From Candidatus Rokuibacteriota bacterium (lineage in GTDB: Bacteria > Methylomirabilota > Methylomirabilia > Rokubacteriales > DASRDR01): DNA of 20,188 bases. The DNA lies in assembly GCA_044866005.1 (NCBI GenBank), contig JBIOTN010000212.1, positions 1 through 20,188 of the forward strand. The letters run 5' to 3'. Positions within the stretch are counted from its first letter, which is position 1. Every line of letters begins with the position of its first letter. Below the pieces are notes generated by a model. It was not told where the DNA came from and did no database searches. It was given only the letters and a program-made list of their open reading frames with translations. Below are positions 1-7,748 of the stretch, one piece after another. Position numbers and translations under genes: made by a program.

Positions 1-2
1 CG

Positions 3-47
3 ACCTCCACGCCGGCCGTGCCCGACCTGAGCCGGGAGTGGAACTGA
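3..47 (+). CDS. 3' end of an upstream gene running in from outside the window (…TSTPAVPDLSREWN*)
   Basis: The frame from position 3 reads acc tcc acg ccg gcc gtg ccc gac ctg agc cgg gag tgg aac tga. All 14 sense codons end in G/C, and the stop at 45-47 lies just after the GTG start at 38 of the next gene, as expected for coupled genes. Confidence 0.55.
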   Translation, partial: TSTPAVPDLSREWN

Positions 48-901
48 CCGGCGTCGATCCCCGGCTGCTGGACACCCGACGAGCCTTCGACAGCGTGGCC
101 GCCGGGTTCGCGGGGCCGCCCGGCAACAACGCCCTCGTCCAGCGCATGCGGGCCCAGATGTGGCGGACCCTCGGGGGACTCTTCCCGCGGGGATCGCGCC
201 TCCTCGACCTCGGTTGCGGCGCCGGCCTCGACGCGGTCTTCCTGGCCACGAACGGCTACGAGATCGTCGCCACCGACTGGTCCCCGGCCATGGTGGAGGC
301 GACGCGGGCCCGGGCCGCGCAGGCGGGCGTCCACCTCCGGACCGAGGTGCTCGGCATCCACGAGCTCGGCCGGCTCGAGGGCCCGCCCTTCGACGGGATC
401 TACTCGAACCTCGGGCCGATGAACTGCGTCCCCGACTTGAGCCTGGTCGGCCGCGCCTGCGCCGACCGGCTCGCGCCGGGGGGCCGGCTGGTCGTGTCGG
501 TGATGGGGCGGCTCTGCCCCTGGGAGCTCGGCTACTACGCGGCGCGCGGGCGGCTCCGGCGCGCACGGGCCCGGAGCGCGCGCGGCGCCGTGCCGGTCGG
601 TCTGAACGGCCACACGGTGTGGACGGCCTACTACACGCCCCGCGAATACCATCGGGCGTTCGCGGGCGCGTTCGAGCTGACCGCCTACCGCGCGCTCGGC
701 CTGTTTCTCCCGCCGCCCTACCTGGTGCGCCTCTACGAGCGGCACCCGCGGCTCGGGGCGCTGCTCGGCTGGCTCGACGATCGACTGGGCGGGCTGCCGC
801 TCGCGCGCGACTGCGGGGACCACTTCCTGATGGTGCTCACCCGGCGCCGCCGGGACTCCGCGCCGGCCCGCCCGGATCCGAGACCCTCCCGACGCCGCTA
901 G
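38..901 (+). CDS. Class I SAM-dependent methyltransferase
   Basis: Motif I LLDLGCGAG, post-I VATDWSPAM, motif II FDGIYSNLG and the LAPGGRLV motif. GTG start at 38; the frame is also open back to position 2. Its stop overlaps the stop of the convergent gene at CTAG 898-901. Confidence 0.9.
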   Translation: MELTGVDPRLLDTRRAFDSVAAGFAGPPGNNALVQRMRAQMWRTLGGLFPRGSRLLDLGCGAGLDAVFLATNGYEIVATDWSPAMVEATRARAAQAGVHLRTEVLGIHELGRLEGPPFDGIYSNLGPMNCVPDLSLVGRACADRLAPGGRLVVSVMGRLCPWELGYYAARGRLRRARARSARGAVPVGLNGHTVWTAYYTPREYHRAFAGAFELTAYRALGLFLPPPYLVRLYERHPRLGALLGWLDDRLGGLPLARDCGDHFLMVLTRRRRDSAPARPDPRPSRRR

Positions 902-2778
902 TGCCGGTGCCTCGCCTGAAGGCGCCGGCCCGTGGCGGCCGGCGATGACGCCGCCGGGCGCCGCTTGATCTCCAGACGCTGCATCATCCCGACGTCCTCG
1001 TGGTTCAGGATGTGGCAGTGCATGACGAAGGCCCCGACGGTCACGGGGTCGAAGCGCATCCGGATCGTGATGGACCCGAACGTCGCGTCGTTGATGTTCA
1101 CCGGCACCGCACCCGGCTGGGGCTGGGCCGCGGGCACGATGATCGTGTCGTGCCACTCGGGAACCGCGAGCGGCGTCCCGTTGACGTGGGTGACGAGGAA
1201 GGGGTTCTGGTGGATGTGGAAGGTGTGGTCCGAGAAGGAGCGGTTGGTGACGGTCCACTCCTCGAAGTTCCCCGCGAACATGTCGTCGAAGAGCGGCGTG
1301 TCGTGCGTGAACAGGGCCTCCTTCTCGAAGTCGACCAGCGGCGTCGCCGGGTCGGCCGAGGGCGTCCCGGCATCGTCGTCGTCCCGCATCATGTTGAGCG
1401 ACGTAAAGGCGGTGTCGCCCCAGTAGGCCACGCCATATCGGTCGAAGTACCAGCCGCAGCTCGGCAACCGGGACGTCAACGGCTGCTGGAAGACCCGCTG
1501 CCCGCAGATTTCGAACGCGATCCTCCGCACGACGTTCGGGGAGGTGTCGAGCATCGTCTGGATGCTCGGCAGGGCTCTCGGCGGCGGCAAGGGCCCCGCC
1601 GGCAGGGGCATGTTGCGCGGGGTCCCCGTGACGACGAGGGTGGCGAGCGTCACGGGATAGGTGGCAGCGGGCAGGTCGGCGCTGAGGCGAGCGTTCCTCG
1701 GCGCGGGGTCGATGCCCGACCCCGACACCACCGACCAGCCCGGCGCGGCGGCGGGATCGAGCGCCTGCACGAGGTAGGTGCCCGGCGCTCCCGCCTTCAC
1801 GAGCACGTCCGCCCGCTGGCCGGTGCCCAGGACGTACGGCTGCCCCTGGGCGAGCGCCTGCATGGTGGGCACCGTGATCCCGTCGTTGGCGACGATGTTG
1901 AGGGCGTGGCCCTGCAGGGCGATGACGAGCGTCTCCCCCGACGCGGCGTTGAGGAACCGCCACCGCTGCACCTCGCCGGGCGCCATCCGCAGCGTGGGGT
2001 TCGTCACGCCGTTGGTCGTGAAGTAGAAGTGGCTGGTCTTCAGCGTGCTCCACACCCCGGGCGCGGACGTGCCGAAATCGGTCCCCAGCTGCGTGGCCGC
2101 CTGATCCACGAAGGGCAGGTCGCCACTGGTGTCCGTCCGGATCACCTGGAACGCCATCAGGATGTCCCGCGCGGCGCTCACCTCCGGGACCCGATCGAGC
2201 GTGCCCGCCCCGCCCTCCACGATCAGGAAGCCGGCCATGCCGCCGAAGAACTGGAACGTCGCGGATCCGTGCTTGTGCGGGTGGTACCAGAACGTCCCGC
2301 TGGGATGGTCGCCCGGGAGCTGGACCCGGACGAGATTGGCCGTCCCGGGCTCCATGACCCGCAACACGTTGTCCGAGATGCCCTGAGGCGACACCGTGAA
2401 GCCGTGGGTGTGCAGGTTCGTCGTGTAGGGGTCGTGGGGGAACCCGCCCATCCGCTGCACGAGGGGATTGGCCGGCAACTGGTTGAGGATGCCGATGTCG
2501 AGCCGGTCTCCCGGTCTCACGCGCAGGGTCGGGCCGGGGAGGGTGCCGTTGTAGGTCGGAGTGTTCACGAGTCGGGTGTCGCCGGTCGCCGCATCCCTGA
2601 TGAAGTTGCCGGCGAGCATGGCGTGGAGGCGGACGCTCAGCAGCCCGCCGGAGGATCGGAACACCGCCGGCTGCGGGAACCCGCCCTGGCCCTGGGAGCT
2701 CTGGTCGACACCCACCAGGGCCACCACGGAGCAGAGCGTCGCCACCACGAAGGCTCTGCGCGGAATGCGTCGAGACAT
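898..2778 (-). CDS. Three-domain multicopper oxidase (laccase/CueO-like), probably Tat-exported, 626 aa
   Basis: All four copper motifs are present: NLHTHG, WYHPHKH, HTFHIHQ and HCHILNHEDVGMM (axial Met). Start reassigned to ATG 2778, which has a GGGAGG SD upstream. The N-terminus MSRRIPRRAFVVATLCSVVALV has a twin-arginine motif and a hydrophobic core. Confidence 0.93.
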   Translation of the reverse strand: MSRRIPRRAFVVATLCSVVALVGVDQSSQGQGGFPQPAVFRSSGGLLSVRLHAMLAGNFIRDAATGDTRLVNTPTYNGTLPGPTLRVRPGDRLDIGILNQLPANPLVQRMGGFPHDPYTTNLHTHGFTVSPQGISDNVLRVMEPGTANLVRVQLPGDHPSGTFWYHPHKHGSATFQFFGGMAGFLIVEGGAGTLDRVPEVSAARDILMAFQVIRTDTSGDLPFVDQAATQLGTDFGTSAPGVWSTLKTSHFYFTTNGVTNPTLRMAPGEVQRWRFLNAASGETLVIALQGHALNIVANDGITVPTMQALAQGQPYVLGTGQRADVLVKAGAPGTYLVQALDPAAAPGWSVVSGSGIDPAPRNARLSADLPAATYPVTLATLVVTGTPRNMPLPAGPLPPPRALPSIQTMLDTSPNVVRRIAFEICGQRVFQQPLTSRLPSCGWYFDRYGVAYWGDTAFTSLNMMRDDDDAGTPSADPATPLVDFEKEALFTHDTPLFDDMFAGNFEEWTVTNRSFSDHTFHIHQNPFLVTHVNGTPLAVPEWHDTIIVPAAQPQPGAVPVNINDATFGSITIRMRFDPVTVGAFVMHCHILNHEDVGMMQRLEIKRRPAASSPAATGRRLQARHRH

Positions 2779-3072
2779 GGGCGGTCCGCCTCCCTGGGTC
2801 CGTTCGGTCGCGGGGCCACTCGTCCGACCGGCGGTCGGGAGGGACGGCGGGGGCCGGGTCGCCCGGCGGGGGCCCCCAAGCCCGGGCACGCCCCCACCAC
2901 GGACGCGACGGGGGGCAGGCTCTGCCCGCCGTCGCCAGCCGTCGAATCCCTCCCGGTCGTTCCGGTTCGAGGGCTGGCGCACGAACGCCGGGGGTCTCCG
3001 GACCACCGGCACGCGACGGGCGACCCCGTCGCGCATGGTCCAGGATCGCGTCCGGCGGGCGGGCGCCCGGTC

Positions 3073-3102
3073 CGAATAGCACGCCCGGCGGCGAGGCGTC
3101 AA
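3073..3102 (-). promoter_or_regulatory. Putative sigma70-type promoter upstream of the multicopper oxidase
   Basis: Minus strand TTGACG-N15-TG-C-TATTCG (18-nt spacer, extended -10 TG). The -10 hexamer is imperfect. Confidence 0.4.
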
Positions 3103-3139
3103 GAGGGAAGGTCGAGCGACGCGGGCGGCGGAGGACGAC

Positions 3140-4282
3140 TCAGACGGCCTGCGGGCGCGCGCCGCCGTCCGGCCGACTGTCGCCGCGGCGCGGCCGGCGC
3201 CGGGCGTGCTCCTCCATGACCTCGTCCATGACGTCCTTGACCCCTTCGACGAACCCCTCGAACGTGTGATGCCGCTCCACGAACCGCCGCCCCGCCTTGC
3301 CCATCCCCTCCGCCACCTCGGGGTGATCCCACAGGTACTGGATCGCCTCCCGGAGGGCCCGGGGATCGCCCGGGGGCACCAGGAGCCCGGTTTCCCCTTC
3401 CGTCACGACGCCGACCTGGCCATTCACGCGGGAGCAGATGACGGCCCGCTCCATCGCCATGGCCTCGAGCAGGCTCGTCACGCCGTTGTCGTTGTCCGTC
3501 GGCAAGAGCGGCACCACCAGGAACCGGGACCGGGCGTAGAGCGCGCGCAGCTCGGCGAAGGATTTCTTCCCGACGGTCAGGTTCGGCGGCAAGGCTCCCG
3601 CGGCGTCGATGGACTTGACCCACGAGCTCACGATGCTCCGGGTCGTCCCGGCCGCGATGTGGCAGCGAATGGACAGCCCGCGCATGGCCTCGATCAGCGT
3701 CGGGTAATCCCGCATCTCGCTTCCCACCGCGCAGATCATGTCCGTCGCCGACTCCATGGGGCGCCAGAAGCGGTGCTCCACCCCCCAGCGGAGGGGGACG
3801 ACCTTCTCGGGCGGAATGCCGAGGACCTTCACGGCGAAGTCGCGCTGAAGCGGCGCGGGAATGATCAGGCGATCGATGTGGGAGTGGACGCGCTTGAGCA
3901 GCTCGGACTTCTTCCGCTGGGAGATCCACAGGAGGATGGAGACGTGGGGCATCCGCCGGCCCGTCAGCTTGAGGAGGCCGGCGAACGGCAGCGCGAGCTT
4001 TTCGGTCCAGGAGACGATGGCGTCGTACCGGCCGTGGACGATGTAGGCCTCGAGAATCTGGGCGATCGAGATCGGCAGGCGACGGTAGAGGAGGCGCCGG
4101 CTGCCCGGCACGCTCTCCAGATACCCTTCGTCCAGGATCTCGGCGTGGAGCGCGTCCTCGAAGAGCGAGACCCGGGGGTACTGGTCGGTCGCCTCCAGGT
4201 GGCGGATCCTGGCCCGATCGCCCCGGCCAAAGCCGGTCGAGAAGAGTGCCAGCGTCTTCATGACGTGCGTTTCCGCCTTCAC
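3140..4282 (-). CDS. Glycosyltransferase family 4 (GT-B fold)
   Basis: C-terminal GT4 features: NDNGVTSLLEAMAMERAVI, EGETGLLVPPGDPRALREAI and MGKAGRRFVE. The start is either GTG 4282 or ATG 4261. Confidence 0.9.
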   Translation of the reverse strand: MKAETHVMKTLALFSTGFGRGDRARIRHLEATDQYPRVSLFEDALHAEILDEGYLESVPGSRRLLYRRLPISIAQILEAYIVHGRYDAIVSWTEKLALPFAGLLKLTGRRMPHVSILLWISQRKKSELLKRVHSHIDRLIIPAPLQRDFAVKVLGIPPEKVVPLRWGVEHRFWRPMESATDMICAVGSEMRDYPTLIEAMRGLSIRCHIAAGTTRSIVSSWVKSIDAAGALPPNLTVGKKSFAELRALYARSRFLVVPLLPTDNDNGVTSLLEAMAMERAVICSRVNGQVGVVTEGETGLLVPPGDPRALREAIQYLWDHPEVAEGMGKAGRRFVERHHTFEGFVEGVKDVMDEVMEEHARRRPRRGDSRPDGGARPQAV

Positions 4283-4421
4283 GACCTCGGTGAACCGCGA
4301 GGACGTGCGGGGCCGTGGCCGTCCGGTGGATCGAGGCTCGCCGCCGCCCTACGGCCGAGCGGCGACCTCTCTACGGAAGAGCGCGCGCGGGTAGGCCCGA
4401 GACAGCCCGGCGTCTGACTTT

Positions 4422-4452
4422 GAATAAACCACCCTCCGGCGGCGCGCGTCAA
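4422..4452 (-). promoter_or_regulatory. Putative sigma70-type promoter upstream of the glycosyltransferase
   Basis: Minus strand TTGACG-N15-TG-G-TTTATTC, within a rare AT-rich patch. Confidence 0.4.
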
Positions 4453-4464
4453 GCCGCGCCCGGC

Positions 4465-4872
4465 TCAGGGCGCGGGGACGGCGAGCGGCTTTCCCTTCTC
4501 GACGACGTAGACGGCGAGCACCTTGGCCGGCGCGCTCCCGGTGTTCTTCGCGTCGTGCGGCACGGTCGCCGGGATCTCGTAGCTGTCCCCGGGCTTGAGC
4601 GAGACCGGCGGCTTGCCGTCCACCTCGAGCACCGCCGTCCCCTCGAGCACGTAGCCGATCTCGAGGCCGTGGTGGTAATGGCGGCCGGCCGCCGCGCCCG
4701 GCGCCAGCTCGGCCGTGCCCATGAACACCTCGCGGTTCTCGACGCCGGCCAGCTCCGTCCTCAGGAGCAGCGTCCGCGTGAGGCCGGAAGGCTGGGCCGT
4801 GAGGAGCCGATCGCCCACCCCGCCGAGGAGGATCCCGAGAGCCAACGCGAGCAGCACGCCGAGTCGAGCCAT
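4465..4872 (-). CDS. Exported cupin-domain protein, 135 aa
   Basis: Cupin motif 1 RHYHHGLEIGYVLEG and motif 2 GDSYEIPATVPHDAKN. Hydrophobic N-terminal signal peptide. ATG 4872 is preceded by a GGAGGGAG SD. Confidence 0.88.
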   Translation of the reverse strand: MARLGVLLALALGILLGGVGDRLLTAQPSGLTRTLLLRTELAGVENREVFMGTAELAPGAAAGRHYHHGLEIGYVLEGTAVLEVDGKPPVSLKPGDSYEIPATVPHDAKNTGSAPAKVLAVYVVEKGKPLAVPAP

Positions 4873-4948
4873 GCCGATCTCCCTCCGGTCTTCCTGGCCC
4901 ACCGCGGCGCGTCCGGCCCCGGGCGGCGCCCCGCGCGCCGGTCGACGG

Positions 4949-5566
4949 TCAGCGGACCCGGCCCATCCGGGGGAGAAAGCGTCCGACCCGACGCGCGTAG
5001 CGGCGATAGTCCTCGCCGTACGTGCGCAGGAGGTACGCCTCCTCCGCGCGCACCTGCTGGCGGAGTCCGACGAGGGCGCCGACGAGCAGGGCCAGCGACA
5101 GCCACGTCCGCAGCAACATCGTGTACCCGGTCAGGAGCACGAGCATGGCCAGGTAGATCGGATTGCGGCAGAAGCGGTACACGCCGCCCGTCACGAGCCC
5201 CGGCCGCGCGCCCTCCTCGATGCCGATTCGCCACGAGGGGCCGAGCTGGACCTGCGAGGTCACGAAGACCACGAGGCCCCCGAAGAGGAGCGCCGCCCCG
5301 GTGGCGTCCCAGACCACGGCGAGGAGGCCCTCGGTCGCCAGGGACGACGTGCGGGGCGGCCATCGAGCCGTCGCCGCAGCCTGGCCGACGACGAGGACGA
5401 AGAGCACCACGGCCAGGCCATCGCGCACATCCTGCCCCCGGCGGCCCGATCGAAAGAGGAGGATCCCGGAGCTGCCGTACCGCCGCCGTTGCCACCACGG
5501 TCGCCAGCAGACGGCGATCGCCACGAACAGGACGCTCCCCACGAGGGGCAGGTATCGCGACATCAC
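4949..5566 (-). CDS. Isoprenylcysteine carboxylmethyltransferase / PEMT-family membrane methyltransferase
   Basis: Several hydrophobic segments plus the family motifs LGPSWRIG, LVTGGVYRFCRNPIYL and EEAYLLRTYGEDYRRYARRVGRFLP. The start is most likely GTG 5566 or ATG 5563; the track gives 5584. Confidence 0.88.
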   Translation of the reverse strand: MMSRYLPLVGSVLFVAIAVCWRPWWQRRRYGSSGILLFRSGRRGQDVRDGLAVVLFVLVVGQAAATARWPPRTSSLATEGLLAVVWDATGAALLFGGLVVFVTSQVQLGPSWRIGIEEGARPGLVTGGVYRFCRNPIYLAMLVLLTGYTMLLRTWLSLALLVGALVGLRQQVRAEEAYLLRTYGEDYRRYARRVGRFLPRMGRVR

Positions 5567-5796
5567 GACCGGATCGTAGCGCATCCGGGCGTGGTCGTCA
5601 CGCCGCCGCCGGACGACGCCGGAATGGCCCCGGGCCTCGCCGGCCCGCGGCGGCGTCTCCGCCCCGACCGCCGGCCATCCCGGCGCCCGCTCCGGGCTGA
5701 CGCGCCCCGCCCGACGGCGGCGCCCACCCCCGGTCCGCCCGCTCGGGGCGCGGCCCCGGCGCCCCGCGCGGCCGGCCGGGACGCCGGGAGTCCCGG

Positions 5797-5813
5797 CCGG
5801 AATCGTTCCTGCA
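5797..5813 (+). promoter_or_regulatory. Possible sigma54 (-24/-12) promoter for the peroxiredoxin
   Basis: CCGGAATCGTTCCTGCA has GG(5799-5800)-N10-GC(5811-5812)-A spacing, about 55 nt upstream of the ATG. The match to TGGCACG-N4-TTGCW is only partial. Confidence 0.3.
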
Positions 5814-5866
5814 TCCCCACGCCCCCCGGGTCCCGATCACCGACAGGACGCAAGGAGGCGCCATCC

Positions 5867-6484
5867 ATGTCCGAGATGACGACATGCTTGAAGCTCGGGG
5901 AGAAGGTCCCGGCCTTCGAGCTCAAGACCTACGACCCCGCCAAGGGCGAGTTCGGGAAATTCCGACTTCAAGATCAGCTCGACCGGAAGCGCTGGACGGT
6001 CCTCTTCTTCTACCCGGCCGACTTCACGTTCGTCTGAGCGACCGAGTTCGCTGCTCTGGCAGAGCAGCACGAACGCTTCCAGCGCATGGGCTGCGACATC
6101 GTCACGGTGAGCACCGACACCGAGTTCGTCCACCTCGCCTGGCAGCGGAGCGAGAAGGAGCTCGGGAAGGTGCGCTATGCCATGGCCTCGGATCCGCCCG
6201 GCCGGGTGGTGCGGCTGTTCGGGGTCTACGACGAGGAGACGGGCCTCGCCCTCCGGGGCACGTTCATCGTCAACCCCGAGGGGATGCTCCTGAACTCGGA
6301 GGTGAACTACTACAACCTCGGCCGGAACATCGAGGAGCTCATGCGGAAGTTCAAGGCGAACCTCTACCTGGCCCGCAAGACCCACGAGGTCTGCCCGTCG
6401 AAGTGGCGGGAGGAGGGGGACGCGACGCTGACGCCCTCGGCAGAGATGGTGGGCCGGGTCCACGAGGCGCTCCACGGCAAGTGA
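5867..6484 (+). CDS. ahpC: Selenocysteine-containing AhpC/Prx1-type peroxiredoxin (205 aa, Sec57 encoded by TGA 6035-6037)
   Basis: AGGAGG SD at 5853-5858, then ATG 5867. The tail of track ORF 4715..6037 and ORF 6086..6484 are in the same frame and join through one TGA, giving FFYPADFTFV-U-ATEFAALAEQHERFQ. This is the PxxxTxxC motif with TGA at the peroxidatic Cys. Catalytic Arg130 (ALRGTF) and resolving Cys176 (EVCPSKW) are intact, and a SECIS-like hairpin follows the TGA. Confidence 0.93.
6038..6077 (+). promoter_or_regulatory. Bacterial SECIS-like stem-loop directly 3' of the in-frame UGA
   Basis: GCTGCTCT(6050-6057)/AGAGCAGC(6061-6068) forms a perfect 8-bp stem with a GGC loop, extended by GTTC(6046-6049)/GAAC(6071-6074) across a 2-nt bulge. 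The apical loop begins with G about 20 nt after the UGA. Confidence 0.82.
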
Positions 6485-6546
6485 ACCGAGTGGTGGGCGC
6501 CGCGCCCCCAGGCGGACCCGGCGGTCCGGACGCCGCGACCCGCGAT

Positions 6547-6879
6547 CTACTTCGTCCGCTTGGCCTTCAACTCGCGGAGCCTCGGCTCGAACACCGCGTC
6601 CAGGTCGAACAGCGGCTCCCACGTGATCCGCGCGATCCGACCGTAGGTCAGGTTGTGGTGGGCCTGATAGCGGGCGAACGCCCCGGGATCGTCGACCTCG
6701 AGGAGCGCGTAGCCGCCCCACCCCGTGCCGTAGGTGCGAAGGTGCTTCACGCCCTTCTCGACGCCGCCCCAGTTGCCCGACCGGGCGAAGGTCTGTAAGG
6801 CCTCGCCCCAGGCTTGCTCGAACTCGACCTTGCCCATCGGACCCAGGTACTCGAACCGCTGAAGGTAGAGCTGGGCCAT
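6547..6879 (-). CDS. Hypothetical protein, 110 aa (resembles DUF3303/GYD-like small alpha+beta proteins)
   Basis: Strong SD GAGGAGGAG before ATG 6879. Protein-like composition starts at MAQLYLQRFEY. The GWGGYALLEVDDP...ITWEPLFD pattern recalls DUF3303, but the family call is tentative. Confidence 0.8.
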   Translation of the reverse strand: MAQLYLQRFEYLGPMGKVEFEQAWGEALQTFARSGNWGGVEKGVKHLRTYGTGWGGYALLEVDDPGAFARYQAHHNLTYGRIARITWEPLFDLDAVFEPRLRELKAKRTK

Positions 6880-6911
6880 CGGCTCCTCCTCGCTGACGCT
6901 GGCTGTGCGGC

Positions 6912-7748
6912 CTAGCCGCCGCCGGCCGGGAGCGGCGGCGCCGTGGTCTCCGGCCCCGCCAGGCCGGCGGTGGGGGTCAACTTCCCCGCTTCCCTGTCCG
7001 GCCAGGCGAACGTCGCCATGACCGGGGCGTGGTCGCTCGTGCCGACGTCCGGGTGGACCGTGCAGGCGGTCGCGCGGCGCGCGAGCGGCTCGCTGGCCAG
7101 GACGTAGTCGAGCCGCCAGCCGATGTTGCGCTGGCGCAGGTTGCGCCAGGGCGCCCACCAGGTGAACAGCCGGTCGTTCTCCGGATCCAGCGCCCGGCCG
7201 ACGTCCACGAGCCCGCGGGCGACGATCCGCTCGAGCAGCGCGCGCTCCTCGGGCCGCTGGCCGATGAGACCCGGCTTCCGCTCCTTGGGGTGGACGTCCA
7301 TGTCGGTCCGGGCCACGTTCATGTCGCCGCAGAGGACGAGGGTGAGCCCCGCCGCGTGGGCCTCGGCCACGTACGCGTCGAGCGCCTCGAGGAAGCGCAT
7401 CTTCGCGGGGAAGTCCTTGCCGCCGTTCGGCACGTAGATGGACGCCACGGCGAGGGGGCCCGCCTGCGCCGTGACGATCCGGTTCTCGTAGTCGAACGCC
7501 GGATGGCCGAAGGCGGGCTTGTCGGGAAAGGCGTCCTTGCGGAGGTGAAGGCCCACCCCAGAGTAGTGACTCTCGGCGTGCCAGTAGCACCAGTAGCCTT
7601 CCATCTCGCAGAGCGCGGCCGGCACCAGGCTCGTCGCGGCCTTGATCTCCTGGAGGCAGACCACATCCTGCCGCTCCCGCTCGATCCACTCCCGCACCTG
7701 CGTCTCGCGGGCGCGGATCCCGTTGACGTTCCAGGTCCCGATCTTCAC
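6912..7748 (-). CDS. xth: Exodeoxyribonuclease III / AP endonuclease
   Basis: MKIGTWNVNGIRAR, VVCLQEIK, SIYVPNG, CGDMNVA, FTWW, IGWRLDYVL and SDHAPV motifs. GTG start. Confidence 0.95.
   Translation of the reverse strand: MKIGTWNVNGIRARETQVREWIERERQDVVCLQEIKAATSLVPAALCEMEGYWCYWHAESHYSGVGLHLRKDAFPDKPAFGHPAFDYENRIVTAQAGPLAVASIYVPNGGKDFPAKMRFLEALDAYVAEAHAAGLTLVLCGDMNVARTDMDVHPKERKPGLIGQRPEERALLERIVARGLVDVGRALDPENDRLFTWWAPWRNLRQRNIGWRLDYVLASEPLARRATACTVHPDVGTSDHAPVMATFAWPDREAGKLTPTAGLAGPETTAPPLPAGGG

Noticed and set aside
2933..2979. tRNA-like fragments (GGTTCGA, TCGAATCCC)
   Set aside because: No cloverleaf, D arm, anticodon arm or CCA end can be built. The two motifs simply pair with each other in a hairpin.
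4715..5866. N-terminal 384 codons of track ORF 4715..6037
   Set aside because: Antisense shadow of the cupin and ICMT genes plus GC-rich intergenic DNA. The real start is ATG 5867 with an AGGAGG SD.
5867..6484. Peroxiredoxin as a nonsense pseudogene or as two separate genes
   Set aside because: The only lesion is a TGA exactly at the catalytic Cys codon, followed by a SECIS-like hairpin, and all other motifs are intact. Sec recoding explains this better.
6485..6546. Intrinsic terminator after the peroxiredoxin
   Set aside because: Only short GC stems (GGGCG/CGCCC, CGGACC/GGTCCG) with no U-tract on either strand.
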